Assembly: GCA_017654855.1 (NCBI GenBank)
Contig: CM030334.1
Location: 1,302,001-1,366,000, forward strand
DNA length: 64,000 bases
Direction of reading: 5' to 3'
DNA from: Podospora anserina
Lineage: Eukaryota
Shown here: piece by piece, positions 11,713 to 24,979 of the stretch
Layout of the letters: each line of letters starts with the position of its first letter
How positions within the stretch are numbered: position 1 is the stretch's first letter
The notes under the pieces: generated by a model
The model's input: only the letters and a program-made list of their open reading frames with translations
Told to the model about the DNA's origin: nothing
Database searches by the model: none
Position numbers and translations under genes: made by a program

Positions 11713-14700
11713 TCAAAGCCGCCCACTGACAACCTCCTTCTCAAAAATCTTCACCCCATAAACATCATAAAACCTCATATCTCCCACCGTCTCAATCTTG
11801 CTCGCCCTGAACCTCTCATCATCTTCCTCATCCCCACTATCCTCACTCTCATCACTACTCCCATTCCCCCCAATGGCATCCAACCACGCCGAGTTTCCGC
11901 TCCCGTCAGTTTCGATAGACGGTAGTATCAACCCCGAGCTCGTACTCCCCAGCCCCGTCGTGGCACTCATCTTCTTGACCTTGTTATTCTTCTCCTTTTT
12001 GCGCTTGGGCAAGTCCCTCGCCCTGATAAGCCGCTCTACCCTGTCGTCGTCATCGATCGAGATCCACTCCAGCTTTAGGTGAGGGTGATGAGAGAGGTTA
12101 TCAATCAAAAACTTCTTCGTCTCCCTCATGACCCAGACACACGTGTCCTCGTTGCGCAGCTGGGCAATATGCAACGCCCTCAACGACACCAGCCCCGCAA
12201 GCCGCTGCATAAATGTATGCTATTTTTCACGTCAGCACCTTGGTATCAATCAACCAGTCCAAAAGGGGGAAAAAAACATACCATAGTCCTAATACTCATA
12301 CAAGCAGTCAGCTCCTCCAGCACCCTCCCCTTCCTACACAGCAACAAGACCGTCTTCTCGTTCAGATCCCAGCTCGGATCCGCCAAGTTCTTGATCATCA
12401 AGTACTTCAACGTAGGCATGTGCTTCTTTAGCACCAACTTCCGAATCTGTTCGATAGTAGTCGGTGTCCTGGGCGCAAACGACTCAGGCTTATACTTGAA
12501 GTCCCGCTCGAGCATAAACAACTCCTCCACCGCTTCCAGCTCGTGAACAAACGTCAAAAAGGCTGGTGTGACATTGTCGGTAAAGATGTGTCGCAGAGGC
12601 AGAGGGGCTTCCTTGTTGAGTTTGGCCATTTGAGCCCAGATTGGCGCTTGAGGGCCGACGTTCAGGAGCGTCAAGTGACGGAGACATCGGAGGTCGATGG
12701 CCCGGTACAGAACTGAAGCCTTGACCGGGATGAGGTAGATGGCTAGAACCTGGAGAGCGAGACCTCTTGTTGTCCGCAGGTAGTCATTCATCTGCTGGTT
12801 TTTGAGCGCAATCGAGTCAACAGCGGACACGGAGGAAGATGGCCGGGGAATTTGCTTCTCGGCATCGTTGATCTCGGCTTCGACTGTCGTGAGCTCCTTG
12901 TGGATGTCTGCAATGCTCTGGCTGATGGTGTACATCTGCTTCTCAGCCTCGGCGACACGGCTAACATCGACCGGTGTGTCGCTGGAGCGCATCCTCTCAA
13001 TATCCTTTGTCAAGTCCTTAGCTTGAGTCTCAAAGATATCGACCTTTTCAGCCAATGTCTTGAAGTTGGCTTTTTGCGCGGCTAGGTTCGCCATAGCCTT
13101 GTTCACGTCGGCCGACACCACGCTGCCACTCGTGGAGGGCGTGGCCAAGGAAGTCGTGGAGGCAGACGGGGTCATACCGAATTCCTTCGAAGAGGTGTCC
13201 TTGGTTGGGCCATCTGCACCATCAAGCTGGAGAGTCTCCTCGGGCACCTCAATGTCAATATCTTCAGGGGTCACATCATTCTCCTTTTGCTTGTCCTTGG
13301 AAGCGTCTGCAGTGCCATCACTAAAAAGACTGGCAGGCTCTGTCGAGGCCTGTGCGACCGAGGCAGCCCCTGAGCTCTCTGCGGTCGCCGGCTCCTCTGC
13401 CACCGATTCATCTGTCTTTGATGAACTTGAGCTCCCGTTTGTGCTTGGCTTATTTGAATTTTCTGCCCTCTTGTTCATCGTATCTTCAACGTATTTTGTT
13501 GCGGCAGCCTGGAAAGTTTCGAGAATATTCTTTTGGGTAGCATTGACCTCACTTGGATCGGTGTTGTCGTTCAGCTCCTTCACAATCCTGGTCATCACGG
13601 TCTTCAAGGCCTGGGCAAACTCGTGCGTTCCATTGCCCCCGTTCGACTCGACCTTGGTCTCCTTTTCCTTTTCCTTTTCCTTCCCCTTGTCTTTCGGCTT
13701 TTTGGGCGGCTTTTTTACTAGATAGACCTCGACATCCAAGATCCTACCCAGCACCGACTCTTGTGCCTTTTTCTCTTCCATGGCCCGGAAGGCTCTGGCA
13801 GGACCGCTCATGTCATTGGCCATGTTTGAACTAGAGCCAGCCGGGGTAGGCTGGAAATCATCGTCGACATCTGAATCGTCCGGATCCGCCTCGGGGGCAG
13901 GTTTTCTGGCCTGTGAAGCCAGCTTGTCCGAAAAGGAGAGTTTCAGCTTAGTGAGAGTTGCCGAGGAGTTCCGAACACATGATTTGATCTCTGTAACCAT
14001 ATCGAGCGAGTCGATATCCAACACGGAAAGACTCCTCAGATTGCCGAAGCCCGACAGCGTCGGTGGCTCCTTGGAAAGGGGCGTCTTCCGTAAGGCTTTC
14101 GGTCGGTGAGGCTTCGGCATGGGAGGTGGAGGGGGCGGAGGCACATTGACTGTGACGGAGGTCACGGGCACATAAAACCCAGAGGGCGGCGGAGGCAGCG
14201 TCGAAAACGGGGGTGGTGGAGGGGGTAAGTTCGACATGGGAGGTGGTGGCGGGACAGATGTGACGCCCAGCGAGGCTGATGTTGAGGTGGCGGCATTGTA
14301 TGGAAGGGGAGGAGGCGTTTCGTAGATAGAAGGTCCCTCTTGTAACCGAACATGAAGATGGGCCAGTGTCTTGATACTGTGTAGTTCTTTGTAGAGGGTT
14401 CGACTAAGTTCGACACGGATATTCCACCTGAAGAGGAAATTGTCAGTACTGGATGTGCAATAGACCGAGATGGACACACCTGAACCTCTCGAGAGCCCTT
14501 GCCCTGCGCAGCGTCATAAGCAGCAGTGTGTTCATGAACTTTCCGCAGCTGAGATTCGCCAGGTAAGCCTTGTAGGCTGTTTCGGCTTTGTGGCCGGCGC
14601 TGAGAGTGTCCAGAGACAAGTCTCTCAGGTGCTGAGCATAGTTGTAGTCGCTAGTCACAAAAGTGTCGAGACCGCCGGCCAGGCCGTCTATGGGCGAGTC

Positions 14701-14904
14701 GTATTCGGGGTCATCTTCGTCTGGGAAGACAATATGGAAATTGCGATAGAGTTGGGCGGCAGCGAGTTCTCGGCAGTGTCTCGACACGAGGGCAAAGCAT
14801 ATCAGATCGGCCTGGGAGCAGTTGCGGACAATTTCTTTCTGGACTTCGTTTGGCAGGGCCATGAAGCAGAAAGGTGGTTTCTGCCTGCCCGGAGACGAAG
14901 CCAT
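11713..14904 (-). CDS. F-box domain protein with Pro-rich insert and C-terminal LRR-like region
   Basis: Exons 14904-14480, 14427-12282 and 12219-11713. N-terminal F-box FMALPNEVQKEIVRNCSQADLICFALVSRHCRELAAAQLYR; LRR-like segments LRSLSVLDIDSL and LRHLTLLNVGPQ. Confidence 0.85.
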
Positions 14905-16129
14905 ATCGGCGATAAAGATGGATGGGATCTGATGCTCGTCCTAGCAGAAGATGGGGGCGCACGCAGGAAGAGGAAGATTTGAGTCAAGAAGCAGTGAAAG
15001 AAGACGGGTATCGGAATGGAAATGCAAGATTTTGATTCTGGCAGTCTTTTTTTTTTTTTTTTTTGCTGGCGCCAAAGAAGCAGCCAGCCGTTCGTTGTTG
15101 CAGAGGGGTTCATTATCGAGGTGCGGCAGAGACGGTGGGAAATCGACAAGTTCTGGCCAAGAGCCGGGGTGTGCCCGGGGGGTGCCTTAGCGGATGTGCA
15201 GCACTCTGCAGCGGGCAGGGCAGGGCAGGTGGGGGAGGGTCCAGGTGAGCCTCTCCCGCCTCCCTGACCACATAAAAAACCAAGACTGCAAACCACCAAA
15301 ATCACCGTCACTTACACAACCACGTCGATATTAAAACGTAATTTTCTCAGCCACCACTTCATCAAATCCCCTCATCTTTTAAACACTACTGTTTTAGTAC
15401 TTTTGAAACATATAAGAATTTTGGTAGAATTTTATGGTTGTCTTTGAGTGAGAACGGTGTGTATGAAAGGCTGCTAATTGTATAGTTTCTTCGGTTTTTT
15501 TGTGGCCAGGGAACCCGTCCGCAGGGCATCCCCAATTCCCTAGCATGTGACGCTCGGACCACCTCAACATGAAATTCCATCCATTCCAATGGCACATTTT
15601 CTGAAGCAACCACCTCCAACGTCGGATTTTTTCTTTTTCATGTTTGATGGTCCGTGTGAAGGCCCAGGACTCGGTATTCCGCCATCCAATCATTTTCAGG
15701 GACTTTAGATATGACATGCAGGGCCCTTGTGGCTACCTTATCCCATAGAGTGCCGTCTATCCGCTCAGGGCATCAACTTCAACAATTTAACCCCACCATT
15801 GCCTAGGCATCCACGCAGTAATTAGTGGCTGCCCGTAACATGATTAAGATTTTATGTTGCAGCATTTTTGCTTATGTCTCATACAGACCTACTTCCTAAG
15901 AAACTATCTTCTCCTCCTCTTCTGTCTTGCCCTTTCCCTGCCATTGCAACCCTCTCTGTTGGCACAGCGGTTGATCATTGAGGCAGGGTAGATTGCTTGG
16001 GGCGAATCATTTCCCTTGGCTTTCAGTGCCACCAGCCAACAACTCAACCGAGCCCTGTGTGAAGACTCAATCTTTTAATCTTTTCTCACACACCCAACAC
16101 ACGGTGCCAATCACTGTTCCTCATCGACA

Positions 16130-17068
16130 ATGGCCGACGTAGAAGAGCCGCGTTTCAACTCGCTGGCAGAGCGCATTGCTGCTCTCAATGCCCAGAAGAA
16201 CTTTCAGGCGCCCCCTTCGACAGCAGGGAAGCGACCCCCACCCCCGCCACCTCCAGTGAGGGCTGCCACCATCACCACCACCACCACCACGACACCATCA
16301 CCATCACCACAACAGCCCCAGAATGAGACGGCTCCGGTGATGCCACCCCGTCCAGTGAGGGCCTCAACGGAGAAACTCCCACCACTTCCTCGTCGGACCA
16401 CCACCGACATTGAGAAGGGAGATCGACCCGCACCGGGCCCGGGACTGGGACGGGTGCTCCCGCCTCCATTGCCTTCACGGGATTCTTCTTCGGCCAAGGG
16501 AACACCGCCGGCTCTCCCCTCTCGCCGGCCATCATCAAATCTCACTCTTCCTACCCCTGGAGGCCGGAGGAATTCCAACTCGTCAGACATCTCATACATA
16601 TCTACCATGTCTAGTTTGTCACTGAACCAAGATGGGCCGACTCCAAGAAGAGGGCTTCCGCCCCCATTAGAGCAGGCAAAGCTCCCTCCTTTACCACCAA
16701 CTCGTCGTGAGCTTGAGGCCAAGGCGAAAGAAGAGGCCGCAAATACCCCTCCTCTCCCTCGTCGTGTGACAGAGCCACCACCTCAAACCATGCCAGAGCT
16801 TCCCAGTGGCAGGCCCTCATTGCCCCCTCGGCTCCCATCCAGGCCAGCAAAGTCACCCCTGATGAACGCAACCGAGGCCCCATCTCCCTCTCTCCCAGCT
16901 AGACGCCTCCCACCCCCTCCATCAAGCTACAAAAACCCCAAATCCGCCCTGGAACTAGGTTTCAACAACAAACCCAGACCAGCCGACGATGTCCCACCCC
17001 CTATTCCACTCGCTTCCCGCCCAAGCATCTCCCAAATAGAAGCCGTCCGCTCCGCCTCAACCCCCTCC

Positions 17069-17105
<37 letters not shown>

Positions 17106-18217
17106 CATCATCATCATCATCATCATCACCCCCTTCCTGCCTCGTCTGCCGTGACTTCTCCGGCCCTGACACGGTCGCCGCCCAGTACCCCTACACCTCC
17201 CTCCCCAGGCAGGACCCCATCTCCTACCTAGCCCACCACCTCTGCTCCCCTTTCCCCTCGCCCACCGACAAAGCCCGCGCAATCTTCACCTGGTGCCACC
17301 ACAACATCGCCTACGACGTCCACGGCTTCTTCAACAACTGCATCCCCCGAGGCCTCACACCGGCAGAAACAATCTTTTCGGGAAAAGCCGTCTGCGAAGG
17401 CTACGCAAAAGTCTACGAAGCCATCGCCCGCGCAGCGGGTCTGCACTGCATTGTTGTCGGCGGTCACGGCAAAGGCTACGGCTTCAGCGCCCTCAAAAAA
17501 GGGGAGCGGTGCCCGCCAAAGGACCCGACTGGCCACGCGTGGAACGCGGTCATGATCGATAATGATGAGTGGAAGCTTATTGACCCGTGCTGGGGAGCGG
17601 GGCATTTGGATGGGGGTACGAACGGGTATAAGAAGCAGTTTAGCCCGGGGCAGTTTGCGAGGAGCAATGAGTTTTTCGGAAGGAGTCACTACCCGAGCGA
17701 TGAGAGGCATTTTCACAGGAGGGATGGGAAGGTGCCGAGTTGGGAGGAGTACATCTTGGGGGAGACTGGGGGGGAGGAACCGGCGGGGTGGATGGGGGAT
17801 GCGGAGAGGGAGGGGGGGTTGGATCAGAGTAATTTTGAGCCGAAACAGAAAGAGATTTGTGTTTCGGGGGCGGGGGAGGGAACGGTGACGAGGTTTCAGT
17901 TTGGGAAGGTATGCCCGCATTGGGTGAGTGAGAAGCACGGGAGGGGGAGGCAGATGTTGATTTGTTTGGTTTTTGGGGAGGATGAGAAGAGGGCGGGTGG
18001 GAAGGAGAGGTTCGTGCCGTTGGAGACGGACGGGTTTTGGTGGTGGCTGGATGTGAGGACGAGGGATTTGGGGGGGGTGGGGAAGAGGGTGAGGTTGGTG
18101 GGGATTACGACGGTGGATGGGAGGGATGCGAGGGGGTTGACGGGGGAGGAGTTTAAGGGGGTTGTGGGGAGGAAGGCGTTTGCCATGTGTGGGATGGTGG
18201 ATTGGGTGTTGGTTTGA
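16130..18217 (+). CDS. Pro-rich transglutaminase-like (kyphoscoliosis peptidase/Cyk3-like) protein
   Basis: Single-exon 695-aa ORF. KARAIFTWCHHNIAYD, AVCEGYA (Cys), GHGKG, GHAWNAV (His), LIDPCWGAG (Asp). The N-terminal half carries repeated PPLPxR motifs. Confidence 0.88.
17071..17127 (+). repeat. Coding microsatellite (GCA)n(TCA)n encoding poly-Ala/poly-Ser
   Basis: Direct trinucleotide runs within the transglutaminase-like ORF. Confidence 0.9.
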
Positions 18218-18452
18218 TGATAATGATTGTGGGGATTTGGAAGTGGTTAACACCTAGGAGGATGGGATGGGTGGTTTGTTCCCACTTTGAGACGGACAGA
18301 GACGGACAGACACCCAAAGTGCCGGGAACAGAAAACGGGACCCAAGAGGAAGATGCCTTGGTAGAATCGCAATGTTTTGCTCATTGTATTCACTCTCTGT
18401 TCCCAACGCCGCAAGCCTGCTGATAACCGCGCTAAAAAATGACTTGCTCAAA

Positions 18453-19688
18453 TCAACCCCTAAAACTAACAGCAGGCACCTCCTCCCACCTCGGCAAAAT
18501 ATCCGGCACCGGCCCCAAAGGCGTAATCGACAGCGGGTTGATATTCGTGTGCGATTTCGTGTAATGGAACTTGATGTGGTTGAAGTTTGTCGTGTCCTTG
18601 AACGCGGGGATGTTCCAGTACAGATTCCGCATCCACTTGTGAATAGCAGGGTAGCCGGACCTGATGTCGCGGATGTTGCACTTGAAGTGCTGGACATACA
18701 CAGGCTATTTTCCGTTAGCTCTCTTCCTCTGTTGTCGGGGGGGTTGGAATGATGAACTTGAACTCACATCAAACCTGACAATAGTCACAAACAACCTGAT
18801 ATCCACCTCGGTAAGCCGCTCCCCAAACCAATACGGCCCCTCCGTCCCGTCAGCAAGATGCTTCTCCGCCCGGTCGAGAGCTTCAAACAGAGCCTTGACG
18901 TTGCGTTCGTAGGCCTCTTGGGTGGTGGCAAAGCCAGATTTGTAGACGCCGTTGTTGATGAGGTCGTATTGCCACTCGTGTGTTTCGTCAATCTCCCTTC
19001 TCAAATCCTCAGGATACAGATCCACCGATTTGAACGGCTCGTCGATCAGCCCGTTAAACTGTCTTGATGTCAGCAACCGCCGCTCCCTTTTTCTCCAGTA
19101 AAAAAAAAAAAGGGCTCACCTCCGAATTCAACATCCTCAAAATCTCACTACTCTCATTGTTCACAATCCTCCCCCCCTTCTTATCCCACAACACCGGCAC
19201 CGTAAACCGTCCCTCATACTCCGGGTTCACCCCAAAGTAAACCTCCCTCAAATGACTCAAACGCCCCTCGTGAGGCACCACACCCTCCCCCTTGACATCC
19301 TCCTGCTCAGCCTCCTCATCAGTCACAAACCTCCACCCTTTCGGTCCCATATGCCAGTGGACAACACTAAAGGAGATGATGTCCTCCAGCCCCTTGAGCT
19401 TGCGGGCAATGAGCGTCCTGTTGGCCCAGGGGCAGGCATAGCTCACGTAGAGGTGGTACCGGCCCGCTTCGGGGGGGAACTCGGAGCCGGGGGACGAAGA
19501 AATGAAGGAGCGGAAGGTGGACTGCTGGCGTTTGAACTCGCCTGACTTGTCGGAGGGGTTGACCCAGTTTGTGATTACGTTGTCGTCCTTCTGCACCTCC
19601 TTTCCGGAGGGAGTGTCTTGGGCTGCCTAAAAGGGGGGGGGTGTTAGTTTGGTTGGGAGAGATGGGAGGGGGAGAGGGGTATTACCAT
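18453..19688 (-). CDS. ecm4: Glutathione S-transferase omega-like / glutathionyl-hydroquinone reductase (Ecm4/Gto family)
   Basis: Exons 19688-19686 (ATG only, extendable in frame to 19844), 19626-19120, 19058-18768 and 18704-18453. [90 protein letters not shown]. Confidence 0.92.
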
Positions 19689-20833
19689 TTTGAAGTTGGT
19701 GGTGGTGGAAAGATATCGATGTGTTGACACTTTGATCGATGATGTGAATGAAGAAGAGCGTGTAATCCTGAACGAACCCTTGCTCAAATGTGAAAGTGCT
19801 GCTGTCCCTCTCAAAAGCGGAGATATACTGCTTCTTATACTCATCGGTCGTTGCTTCGTCCCAAACTTTCATGAGACGGAAAGCCAATGATGAGATGAGG
19901 GGTCCAAGTTCTTTGGAATCAATCAGCAACGGAATGACTAAGGGTTCTGCATTTGGTTTATACCACTCCCGTCCACTTCCGTCATCAAAACCCAGTGTTG
20001 TTGCAGTTCGTCCCAGGAATATATCCACTCACTACCTCACGTCAAGTGTGGATTCATTCACCAACTGACAAATGGTGACGTAATCCCCACTATTCCCACT
20101 GGGCTTACTAACCGTCAAACTCATCGCTGGTTCAACCATTCGCGACGCGATAGCGGTTTAGAAGCGCTTTGTTTAGAAGGTGGTCAAATATGAGTAAGCA
20201 ATATCGTATAGGTAGACCAATTTCCGGAAACAATTCCGGTCGGTTTGTGGGGACACCAACTTGGTGTTGAGATCACGGCCTTTAGGAGTGAGACCCACCA
20301 GCCTCATCGACGATATCCTGCAAGATACCTAGCAAAAGATCTGAGATTATCTTTTGGAATTTGTTTCCGAAAAAGAACAAGACTATCTCAGACTGCCAGC
20401 AAGATTCAACTAGAAGCAGAATATCCCGAATGCATATCCAACTTTTATAACTGCAAAATCCCTCCCAAGCTGTTGAACAGATCCAACTTCAGATATTATT
20501 CCAAGCATCGAGTTCCCATCAGCAAAACAAGCAAGACGTATATAAAATGCCAACATAGCAAAAGAGAAAAATAGATTTTGCTTCCATTAGCAACAGCCCC
20601 CCCCCCCAATCCCAGGTATCATCATAGTACATTACTACAGGGCGGCATATTTCCACGCCCATTAACGACAAGAGAACAAAATGAGCAAAAGCCAACCCAT
20701 CCAATAACACCCAAGTCACGCCATCCTAAATTGCTTTTGTGCTTTCCCCTTCTCCAAAATCCAATTCCATTTTTTCCTAAGATATAAACCCCCCACCGCC
20801 AACTAATAACCAAACCAAACCAACCTCCCTTCT

Positions 20834-23294
20834 TCACCACTCAAGCGGCTCAGTCTTGGTCTCACCCCTATTCGTCTTGGGGACTGGCACGGCCTTGGCT
20901 GCCAGCTTGCCACCCTGCCCCTTCCTCTTCAGGTACGCCCTGCCGTCCAGCCAGGGGGTCTCGAGCGTCATCTTCTTCTCAAACTCGGAGATCTTATCCT
21001 CGAGCTGCATGGTAAGACCAATGTCGTCGAGCCCGTTGACCAGGCAGTGCTTTCTAAACTCCTCCACCTCGAAGCTGCAGATGGTGTTGCCATCCTGGTC
21101 CTTGATGAGCTGGTTGGGGAGGTCAATCTCGATCTCGCGACCGGCGGCCGCCTCGGCGTGCACCTTTTCGAGGTCGTCCTTGTTCTTGATGGCGATGGGG
21201 AGCATGCCGTTCTTGAACGAGTTGTTGAAGAAAATGTCGGCAAAGGAAGGAGCAATGACGCTCTTGACGCCAAAGTCGTTCAGAGCCCAAGGGGCGTGCT
21301 CGCGGGAAGAGCCGCAGCCAAAGTTGGGACCGGTGCAGACAATGATCTTGGCCTGACGGTATGGCTCCTGGTTGAGGACAAAGTCGGGGTTCTCAGTGTT
21401 GGCATCAAGGTAGCGCCACTCATAGAAGAGAGCCTTGCCAAGACCGGTGCGCTTGATGGTCTTCAGGAACTGCTTGGGGATGATGGCGTCGGTGTCAATG
21501 TTGGCCTTCTCCATCGGGGCGGCGATGCCCTTGAGAACGGTGAACTTGGGAAGACCGGTGCTGCCGGCCTTGGGGACAGAGGTGTTGACCTGAGGAGATG
21601 AGTCTTCGGGCTGGTCGGTGAGAGCTTCCTTCTCATGGTCATCCGTCTCGATGCGCTCATCAGCATGAGCCTTGCCAGAGGTGGTCTCGGGCGCGACAGC
21701 GGCCTCGATGTGAGGGCTGCCCTTGTACTCGGCAAGCTTTCTCACATCGGCGAGCTTGCCGACGATGGCGGCAGCAGCAGCCATGACGGGGGACATGAGG
21801 TGGGTCCGGCCCTGAGCACCCTGACGGCCCTCGAAGTTGCGGTTGCTGGTGGAGGCGCATCTCTCCTTGGGCGACAGAATGTCAGGGTTCATGCCCAGGC
21901 ACATGCTGCAGCCAGCCTCGCGCCACTCGAAGCCGGCATCGGTAAAGATCTTGTCGAGACCCTCAGCCTCGGCCTGCTCCTTGACGAGACCGGAGCCGGG
22001 CACGATCAGGGCACGCTTGATGTTGGAGGCAATCTTCTTGCCCTTGACGACCGAAGCAGCGGCGCGGAGATCCTCGATTCTGGAATTGGTGCAGGAGCCG
22101 ATGAACACCTTGTCGACCACAATGTCCTCCATGGGAGTCCCTGCTGCGAGACCCATGTACTCCAGCATGCGGCGGCCCGCGGCCTTCTTGGCCTCGGTGG
22201 GGAAGGTCTCGGGATCGGGAACGCTGCCGGTGATGGGTACGACGTCCTCAGGGCTGGTGCCCCAGGTCACCGTGGGGATGATGTCCTTCCCGTCGATATG
22301 AACATCAATGTCGTACTTGGCATCCGGGTCGGACTGCAGGGACTTCCAGTAGGCGACCGCCTTGTTCCACTCGTCAGACCCACACTTGGGGGCCAGGGGG
22401 CGGCCCTTGAGGTACTCGAAAGTGATCTCGTCGGGAGCGACCATGCCGGCTCTGGCACCACCCTCGATGGCCATGTTGCAGATGGACATGCGGGCCTCCA
22501 TGCTCAGGCTGCGGATAACGGAACCGGCAAACTCGATGACGGACCCGGTGCCACCAGCCGTACCAATCTTGCCGATGATGTGCAGGACCACATCTTTGGA
22601 GCTGACACCGGGGGACAGCTCTCCGTCGACCAATATCCTCATGTTCTTGCTGCGCTTCGTGATGAGGGTCTGTGTGGCGAGGACGTGCTCGACTTCACTG
22701 GTGCCGATACCGAAGGCGAGGGCACCAAAGGCGCCGTGGGTCGACGTGTGACTGTCGCCGCACACAACCGTGGTGCCAGGCAGAGTGAAGCCCTGCTCGG
22801 GCCCGATAACGTGGACGATACCTTGTCTCTTGTCGCTCAGGCCAAAGTATGTGACGCCAAACTTCTTGACATTCTCCTCGAGGGTCACGCATTGCGTCCG
22901 AGAGTCGTCCTCCTGAATGAAGCTGGCAATGTCTCTGAGAGTTTTTCTCGAGGTGGTGGGGACATTCTACGGGATCCAGTGTCAATGGCCGATGATGACG
23001 TCTTCAAACGGACATGGAAACATACGTGGTCAGTTGTGGCCAGAGTGCAGTCTGGTCTCCGGACCTTGCGGCCGGCCTTTTCTAATCCCTCGAAAGCTTG
23101 CTGTTGACAGTGTGTTAGTTTGATATTCGGGTCAACAGCAAACAACAGACCAGACGACATACTGGAGAGGTGACCTCGTGCACGAGATGGCGGTCGATGT
23201 ACAGAAGAATGGTACCATCGAGCTTCTCGTCGACAATGTGGGCCTGGAAGACCTTGTCGTAGAGGGTTTGTGGTGTTCGCTCGGCAACCGGCAT
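20834..23294 (-). CDS. leu1: 3-isopropylmalate dehydratase (fused large and small subunit)
   Basis: Exons 23294-23163, 23100-23026 and 22966-20834. [106 protein letters not shown]. Confidence 0.98.
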
Positions 23295-23750
23295 TTTTGT
23301 GTCGTTTGTCTGATTCGTTCTCCTCCGGGGAGTTTTTTTTTTGTTTCCGCCCTCTCGATGTGTGTGTGTGTTTGCGAAGTCAAGCAATGCTAGAGGAGCG
23401 GGGGACAGTTGTTCAGCGGAGTCTGTGATATACAACCACTTTTTCAGATGTCGTTGCTCTTTGTTGAGTTGCTCTTTCAAATGAATAAAAAAAAGAAAAA
23501 AAAAAGTGTCGAGTCGAGAGTGACGAGTTGGTGAGGGCAAGAGAACAAAGTTCCTTCGGATGGAAAAACTCCTCTCTCGAGCAACAATCTCAATCTAGAC
23601 TCAAGAACTGTGGCAAAAACCAAAACAATTCTCGTCTCTATTCTTGTGAGAGGCAACCTCAATCTTATAAAGTACCGCCCCTCCTCGGGGGACGATGACG
23701 GATTTGGGCTTTTGGCTGGGCTTGCAAGTGTTTCCAATCCAGCGGCAAAG

Positions 23751-23788
23751 CCGATGATCGGAGAGCTGCAGCTTGCTCCGGTTCACGG
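23751..23788. promoter_or_regulatory. Two CCG-N5-CGG everted repeats upstream of leu1 (candidate Leu3/LeuB-type Zn2Cys6 sites)
   Basis: CCGATGATCGG (23751-23761, a palindrome around a central base) and CCGGTTCACGG (23778-23788), about 460-490 bp upstream of the leu1 ATG. The yeast Leu3 consensus is CCG-N4-CGG, so the assignment is an inference. Confidence 0.45.
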
Positions 23789-24979
23789 AATGCGGGGTGG
23801 CCACCTCAATTTCTAAACCTCATCCCGCCATTGGCTGACCGTCTCCAGGATGGCCTGTCTCTCCCCGCCCCAGGCCCCCCAGCAGGGTTGAGCAGCGGGG
23901 TCCCTCAGCCTGCGCAGCGAACAAAGTTAGCGTACCGCCCGGGCCGGAATCGAAGGTTCGATAACCCACCCCACAGCGATCAACCCAGCATCTCGACAGA
24001 GCTTCATCCGCATCTCTACGTAACGACAACAGCTTCCATTCGCAAACGGGCTTTAATAGAAAACTCTGTAATATCATTCTGCTCTCTCAGCTTCTATCGT
24101 ATAAAAAGAAACTTCTTCTGAGGGATATAAACAGATATCCTCCTCAAAAGCAGGGTAAAAGCCGATAGAAGCCTTTCGGTATTCCGTAGATCATCACACC
24201 TCCAACAAGAAATCTCGACATTTCCCCACATTCTCGTCTGATTCCCGCGACTCACACATGCCACACAGCGCCCAGTCCTTCCAAGTCTGACATACATATC
24301 ACAAGAATCGTTCCCTTACCCTCTACCGATTCCCCTCGGCCTCCCAATTCCGGTTTCCCACTCCTCACCACTCCATATCATGTCTCGGCCGGATAGAAAC
24401 ATAAATAACGAGTCTCATATCTCTACACCTATATCCTCATCATACACTCCAGAAAAAGGGACTCTGCATAGTGCACACACATGTCTGTCGTGCCTTGACC
24501 GCCCATCCCATCCATCCTATCGCTCGGCAACGTGTACAATGTATAAGTACCTACCGTTCTATTCCTATACCCCCGGCATCGCCCAGCATGTCCAATATCC
24601 CCAATTTCAACCAACCAGATCCCAACAGCCTTCCCCCTTCCTTCCCCTGTCCCATCCCAAAAAAGCCCATCAAACCCTCGATGCGAATTGCCGACCCCCA
24701 TTCTATGGGGCAATGTACCTCCAGTCAGTCTTATCAGCCTGCAACCTCACCGTGCAACCCACTTCGGTTTAACAACACACAATCTTCTTATCATCAGTCC
24801 ATCACTCATCATCAGTCAAACTCCTCTCTCACCAAAAGCCAACCAAGTCAACAACTGTCTCAAATAACCACTACTCCATACCAATTATTCCGTGTGCTAG
24901 ACAGACTACCCCTACAGTAGTACGTACAACACTAACAAAAATACCATCCTCTCTCTCTGCCTCAGCCCCCGCCAAAACC

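Noticed and set aside
21635-23107. 490-aa + strand ORF
   Set aside because: Antisense shadow of the strongly codon-biased leu1 gene; no independent protein features.
175-23294. Possible thiol/redox or metabolic gene cluster (egt1, GST, leu1)
   Set aside because: The genes are interspersed with unrelated housekeeping loci, with no egt2 partner or shared motif; ordinary synteny is sufficient.
23940-23970. GGTTCGATAACC resembling a tRNA T-loop/B box
   Set aside because: I could not build a cloverleaf, acceptor stem or A box around it.
24380-24920. Overlapping 130-149 aa + strand ORFs between leu1 and the orphan gene
   Set aside because: Low-complexity, no recognisable motif, and overlapping the probable 3' UTR of the minus-strand orphan; a gene cannot be supported.
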